40,869 nucleotides of DNA from Jimgerdemannia flammicorona (taxonomy: Eukaryota), in the NCBI GenBank assembly GCA_003990765.1, contig RBNJ01000116.1, positions 1 to 40,869 of the forward strand, in the 5' to 3' direction. The notes beneath the pieces were generated by a model. That model was not told the DNA's origin. It was given only the letters and a program-made list of their open reading frames with translations, and ran no database searches. The position numbers and the translations under genes were made by a program. This document shows, piece by piece, positions 34,640 through 40,869 of this stretch (positions are counted from its first letter, which is position 1; each line of letters starts with the position of its first letter).

Positions 34640-36500
34640 AAGCTCAGCTGGGACTGCCACCACTTTTTCAGCCCTTCCTCTAATGATCTCTCACTGGTCC
34701 TCACAAATCACCCTCCAGATTCAATTACCATTCACACTGCTGCAGAAAGGTCCACTCTTTCTGCTGCTACCTTCCTTATGTCTGCCATCCTGCTCTCATC
34801 AATATCATATCCTTTATCATCCAAAAGAGCCACAACCATTGCTGTCACCAGCTTAGGCCCCTGCATCGTAATATTGAGAAATTCCTCCCATGCCTCCTGA
34901 GATCCATGAAATATATCCACTTCCTTGATGTCTTTCTCAGCAAGTTCCTCAAGTACTACCTGATACCAGCTCTCTACCATCATTTCCAGGGGCCCAGGAG
35001 TTGATGGCCTGGGGGTCCTGCTCAGCTTCTGCAGTTGCTCTCTGTCTACTGACACATCCAAAGCCACATCCACCAGCTCATCCTCCTCCACAACCTTCTC
35101 CAAATGTACCACCTCACCAGCCTCAGGGCACTCCCAATGGACATTTGCTGCCCCAGCCATATGGGTGTCCTCAACCTGTATCTCCGGCACCACTTCGATA
35201 TCTGCCTCAAAGCCTCCTTCTCCCACCTCCTCCTTATCTGTCTATTTCCCTCTCACTGGCATATGTGCTGAGCTCTCCACACCACCCAGCTGAGAGAAGG
35301 ACACCTCGGCTGCTTCCACATCTTCCATCTGATTCTTAGCTGCCTCTACTCTCACCTCCTCTTCCACTGCCACCCCCTGAAGGGCCATCTGCAGATGCTC
35401 TCAATTTCCTTTCCTCTATCACTTCTGCTTGCCATCTGCCTGAATCCAGACCCAATCCTTGGCATACTCCTCCCACTTCCTCTTTTGCAGCTCTTTTGCA
35501 GCCTCTCTCTCCTCCAGAGCAATTACCAACTCTTCCTCCTGTTCCACTCCCTTCCTCCTCCACACCTTGCACTCCTGCCCTCCAACTCAAATCCCTTCAG
35601 ACCAATCTCATCCCAGACCAGTCACCTCTTTGCCTTCCAGTCACAGCATTATCTTGCAGTTGCCATTTCTCAATTTGGTGTTCTCCCAGAACATGAACCC
35701 GAAATCCACCATCTCACCATAGCCACCCAGTACCTCCACCACTATCTCCTTGGTCTCCTGTCTGCCCAGAGTCAGTAAACCCTCCACCATCAGTTGAATA
35801 GCTCATGGGTCCCACCTCAAACACCTTGCCATCCCAATTCTGACACTCTTGACTACCATTCCTTTTTCCAGTACCTTTACCATTGCATTCTCCTCCACAA
35901 ATCCAATCTCCACTGCCTCTACTGAAGGGATGAACTTCAGAGATTCTGCCCCTACCACTTCCTCCCCCACCAGCCTCAGAACCTCCCTAGCTGACATTGC
36001 CAATCCTAGGAAATTTGCCGAAACTGCCCATGTTGATACCGATTTGTGGAATAATGGCCTCACCACCAATTTGCCTGTCCTGGCTGCTAGGGTCACCTTC
36101 CCCTTGGTCCCAGAATACCAGTGGTTGCCTCACCAGTTGCAGCTGCACCACCAGCAGCCCTCTCCCCAGCCACTGGCCCAGCCACAGAAGAACCAGTCCC
36201 CAGCATCACACTACCAGACCCCTGTCCCCTTCCAGCCACCTGACCTATCACCTGACCCATCACCTGACCCCTCTCCCTATCAATACTATGCCCCCCCTAC
36301 CCCACCCCCAAGGGCCTGGCTGTAGCCCTCCTACTTCCAACTACAGTATACCAAGCCTTAATTCCACCAGCCCTCCCCTGACCACCAGCCTCTCCCACAG
36401 CCATGCCAGCCCCTGCAACAGCTGCAAAGCTCTTGGGAATACCCAGACCAGGCCTCCTTCTCTCCAGACACTCAGAGCTAGAGGAACCTTGACTAGCCAT
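34640..36500 (-). pseudogene. LINE-B ORF1
   Basis: MASQG..KSFAAV; RCLRWDP; homologous to LINE-A ORF1. Confidence 0.8.
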
Positions 36501-37399
36501 ATTGCCAAAACTTGACGGTTTTCTCTAAAACTTATTGTACCTTATAGATAGACTCCTGCTGCATGATGTATACTAGTTTGTTTGAAATAAAAACTTGAAA
36601 ATATGTTGTCTTTTGCCGAAAGGTACTTGCATGGCTTAGCTCGCTCTGCATGGTTCAAGTAAAAGAAGTTCCCTTAGAGTCTGTATCACTAGACTTCTTT
36701 AATCTTATAGATATCTTTATAGATATTTAACTAATTTATATTTACTTATACTAAATCATTTGAGTATAGTCTAAATATATATAGTTTATAATAAATATAT
36801 AGTATATTTGTATCTATTATATATAATTAATATTCTAAGAAGATAAGATATATCATCTATATCTATTATCTTAAACTACTAGTATAGTATTATCTTTATA
36901 TTATTGATCTTAATTACCATTCTGACCAAAATAATATTATCTATCTAAATGTCTAGGTATACATACTAATCCTAAGAATATATACTGAGTATATATGTAT
37001 AGATCAGCTTCACAATACTTAAATCTATTATCTAAAAGATATTTAAGAATTTTTCAGTTCTATAGCCTTGCTGCTTATTTAATGCCATAGAGATCTTTAT
37101 ATAATTTGCATATGAGCTCTTTTTGCTCATCATTATATAGTTTGTATTCTTGTGGTTAATATATATATAATTCAGTATTCATATCTTTATTCAGGAATAC
37201 TATCTTAATATCTATTTAGTAGATTTTGTAGTTTTATTTGGCTCTGATTATGTTGTAAAGAGAGGTATTTTATTGAAGTTGCATAGGTCATATACTTCTC
37301 TATATTACTGATGAATGATATAAATCTGATAGAATGATGTAAGGTCATATGCTAGCATATTGAGTTGCTATCTCAATACTCCTGCTCAATAAGATATAT

Positions 37400-40300
37400 A
37401 ACCTAAAAAAAAAATATACAATATATACCCCCCCCCCCAAAAAAAAATACAAACTAGAATAAAAGCAAACTAGAGTAAACTCAATTTGACCAATGAGATG
37501 CTATATAGATAACTATAGAAGGTCAAAATTCCCTGCTTATAACTATGAAAATAGATAAGAAATATAGTAAAATAACAGTAATATTTACAGGAATATAAGT
37601 AATGTGATGAATATATATAACATCTGCAAGAATATAGAGATGTATATGTAAGATATAGTAGAGGACTTTTTGAAGCCTGAAAAGTATTCTGTAATTAAAA
37701 AAATGCTGGTATAAGACTCATTTCTTTACAATATAGCTTGAATTTTAGCTTTAGAAGGGCTTTCATAAGTGAATTAGTGATCATATACTCTATAGAGATA
37801 TATTCTAGATGTATAGTACTAGTTTCTATGCATTTGTATATAAAATAATACTATATATTGATATACTTCATTCTGTTATAGTGTACTGGATTCTTGATAA
37901 GTATAATTATAGATTAATTATCTTGGTATAGTATATTGCTTTCTTGTATAAAGCTAAGCTCCTTTAATAGTTCACAGAGCTATATAGCTTCCTTTGTTAT
38001 CAATGACAATACCTGATATTTAGCTTATATAGATGATATTGCAATAGAGAATTGCTTATGTATTTACCATAAGATGATAGATCTTTGGTCACCAATATAG
38101 AAGAGATACCCAGTTATAGATCAATGGTCATCTAAGTCTCCAGCCCAATCAGCATCACATATGCCAGATAGTCAGATATTATTACTCTTACTATAGCTTT
38201 TACTATTGCTCTCACTTAATCCAATATTATTGCCCAATATAAGTATATAGTATACTGATTCTTTTAAGTATCAGAAAATCCTCTTAATGGTACTCCAATA
38301 TAAATTATCATAGCAGGAGAAGTACTGCATCACTTTATTCATAGTATATGATATATTAGGTCTCATTTCTAGTATGAGATATATGAGAGAGCTGACTACT
38401 TACTGATAAAGAATATTTTTGATAGACATATTGTTATCATCATTCTCAGGTATAGTGTTTGGCTTTCTTAACTTCATAGAAGTATCTATAGAAGTACCAA
38501 CTGACTTGTATTCACTTATATTAAAGTGTTTAAGGATAGCTTTAGTATATATTTCTTACAAGAGATATATAGTATATATGTTTCTATCATATATAATCAA
38601 TATCTCCAAAAGAAAGAATATGTTGCTCATGTAAGTTATCTTGAATTCTTGGTGTAGAGTTTCCTTTACTCTATTAAGCCTGTTCTTGTTAGTAACAATA
38701 ATAATATCATCTACCTATATACTAATGAATACTATGCTGTCATCATAATACTGGACATATATACAATTATCCACTTCACAATATGTGAATTCATTGTTAA
38801 GGAGATATTTATCAATCCTTTTATTTCATAATCATACTACTTGTTTGATGCTATATAGTCCTTTATATAATTTATATATGAGCTCACTGTTTTGTAATCT
38901 TGCAGTTGATAGATATATAGTTCAGTATCTATATTGCCATTTATAAATACTGTCTTTATATCTATTTGATGGATTTTGAGGTCATATATCATACTAATCA
39001 CAAGGAGTATTCTAAATAAAGTAAGCTTAAATATTGATGAAAATGTCTCATCATAGTCTATGCTATAATTCTATAAATAACTCTTAGCAATGAAACAAGC
39101 TTTATATCACTCTACATTACTATTAACATTGTACTTTATCCTATATACCCACTTGGATCTAATTATTTGATAGTTTGGTAAAAGAGATACTAAATTCCAT
39201 ATATTATTCTCAATGAGTGAATCATATTCCTCATCTATCATGTATTACTACTTCTTGTTATCAGTATTACTTATGGCTTTATTATACATGTTTAGCTTGC
39301 CAGATGTCATGATATATATATATTTATATGCTTTAGCATAGCTTACATAGTTGACATTACTGCTATCTAGTGCTTGCTAGTATGTCCTAATAACTTCCTA
39401 ATTCTGAATACATCTCTCAGTATATGTTGGACTGTTTTTGCATTTATTTACCCTTTATAGAAGATTCTTTATTATTGGAGGACTCACTATTATCATCTTC
39501 ATCTTTGATCTCAGTAATTCTTGACTAGGGTAACTCTTGCTCAGATATATATAGCAGTTGATAATAGTTTTGATTAACTACTAGAATCATCAGAGATATT
39601 AGTAGTACTAGTTGGAATGTAGATGTGGTGGTTTCCACAGATATTTCCATATAGATCTCTTTATTATTATTTCCTTTTTTATTGAATTATATATTATACA
39701 AAATAATTATACATTTTGTCCATAGATTCCAAAGCCTATATGATTTTCTACTATATCCAAGAAGTATGTACTTGACTACCTTTAGCTTGAATTTATACCA
39801 ATTGATATTACTTTTATTAAGAATATATATATTGTATCTAAATTTTCTATAGATATAATATATCAGACTTTATTCTACTCTATAACTCTTCAGGAGTAAG
39901 ATTGTCATCCTTATGCTTATTGTTGTTGCCAGCTTTCTTGCTTAGTGATTAAGATATGCATCCATTACAGATATATACCACCATTCAGCTCAATAGGAAT
40001 ATTTTAATCTGGTAGCATTGATTATTATCTGCACTATTTCAATGACCATATGGTTAAATTACTTGGCCATATCATTTTACTGAGGTATATAAGGAGCTAT
40101 AATTTAATGGCTTATGTTATATTTTATCAAGAACTCCCTGAATATATTATTGATATATTTGTATCCATTATCTGAGCATATAGTACATATTCTATATCCT
40201 ATCTTATTCTTGGTAATTACTTTAAATTCTTTGAATTTCTCTAAGGCTTTGCTCTTCACTGATAGGAAATATATATATGCCTTATATATATAATTGTCAA

Positions 40301-40869
40301 TAAACATCAGAAAGTATCTCTTGCTGAAATATGATAGAATATATATTGAGCCACATATGTTCATATAGATTAGATCAAAGATCTCCAAGGCATGCTTCAG
40401 TTATTCTTCAAATAGTTACTGAAAGGCTTTGTTTTTCAAACATGCCTTGCAAAAACTATCCTCTAGATATATATAGACAGCAATTCTTTTACTGAGCTAC
40501 TTCTTGTCATATATTTAAGGCTTATCTTGTTAACATATCCTAAATATTGATACAACATATTGGACATATCAGGAGTAGTTATTGCATAAGTGGAAGCTTT
40601 CATACCATTTGGTATCCTATTGATTATATAAAGATTTTTGCATTTTGAAACTATTGTTAGCTTATTATCATACAAATCATATATGGTAGCACTCTTTGCA
40701 TATATGTATATTTCTTTATTGCTATAGGACATTATTTTTCCCATAGAGAAGAGATTCTTTCTTATCTCTAGAGCATATAGTATGTCTCCAAGAATTGTAA
40801 TAGACTCAATAACATTTCTATAGAGATATATCTCCATATTTCTCTTTTCTTGAGTATAGATGATATTTT
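37400..40869 (-). mobile_element. Ty1/Copia element: pre-integrase, integrase, RT, RNaseH and probable 3' LTR (runs off the window)
   Basis: 40104-40388 DLIYMNICG..YFLMFIDNY..CSDNGYKY (rve); IHQID and ISI*VDD RT motifs; CDADWAGDLDD at ~38130-38160; IN-RT order is Copia-type. Confidence 0.92.

Larger units (their letters stand above)
30848..36682 (-). mobile_element. Full-length L1-clade LINE (family B)
   Basis: Poly(A) to 30896, AATAAA, ORF1 and ORF2; 18-bp TSD GTAT(T/C)ACTAGACTTCTTT at 30830-30847 and 36683-36700. Confidence 0.95.
30480..37400 (-). pseudogene. Copia RT relic (30480-30847 and 36683-~37400) hosting LINE-B
   Basis: 30540-30600 is colinear with the DADWAG region at 38130-38180; 36700-37300 is colinear with RT at 38480-39050. 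Confidence 0.7.

Overview
This is eukaryotic, almost certainly fungal, repeat-rich DNA. It is a nest of decayed transposons carrying heavy C>T/G>A hypermutation (RIP-like or methylation-driven). No intact host gene is present. From left to right: (1) a poly(A) tail and a Ty1/Copia RT-RNaseH relic; (2) a complete 9.96-kb Ty3/Gypsy element (847-10806, minus strand) with 1.2-kb LTRs, a 4-bp TSD and a tRNA-Pro-like PBS, whose pol reads gag-PR-[~425-codon unknown Cys-rich insert]-dUTPase-[degenerate dUTPase-like domain]-RT-RH-IN-[extra 3' frame]; (3) a Copia gag relic interrupted by a 5'-truncated LINE and by a related Gypsy LTR; (4) a near-full-length L1-clade LINE (family A); (5) a second Gypsy LTR/gag relic; (6) a hAT transposon end with a second, convergent multi-exon gene, hairpin repeats and telomere-like repeats; (7) a CpG-intact island holding the 5' third of a short-chain dehydrogenase gene joined to the hAT transposase; (8) further Copia relics, a 13-nt LINE micro-insertion, a full-length L1-clade LINE (family B) with TSD, and a Copia pol. 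The most unusual items are the accessory-domain-rich dUTPase Gypsy and the two-gene hAT/SDR composite. All calls come from manual translation and alignment; no database searches were run.
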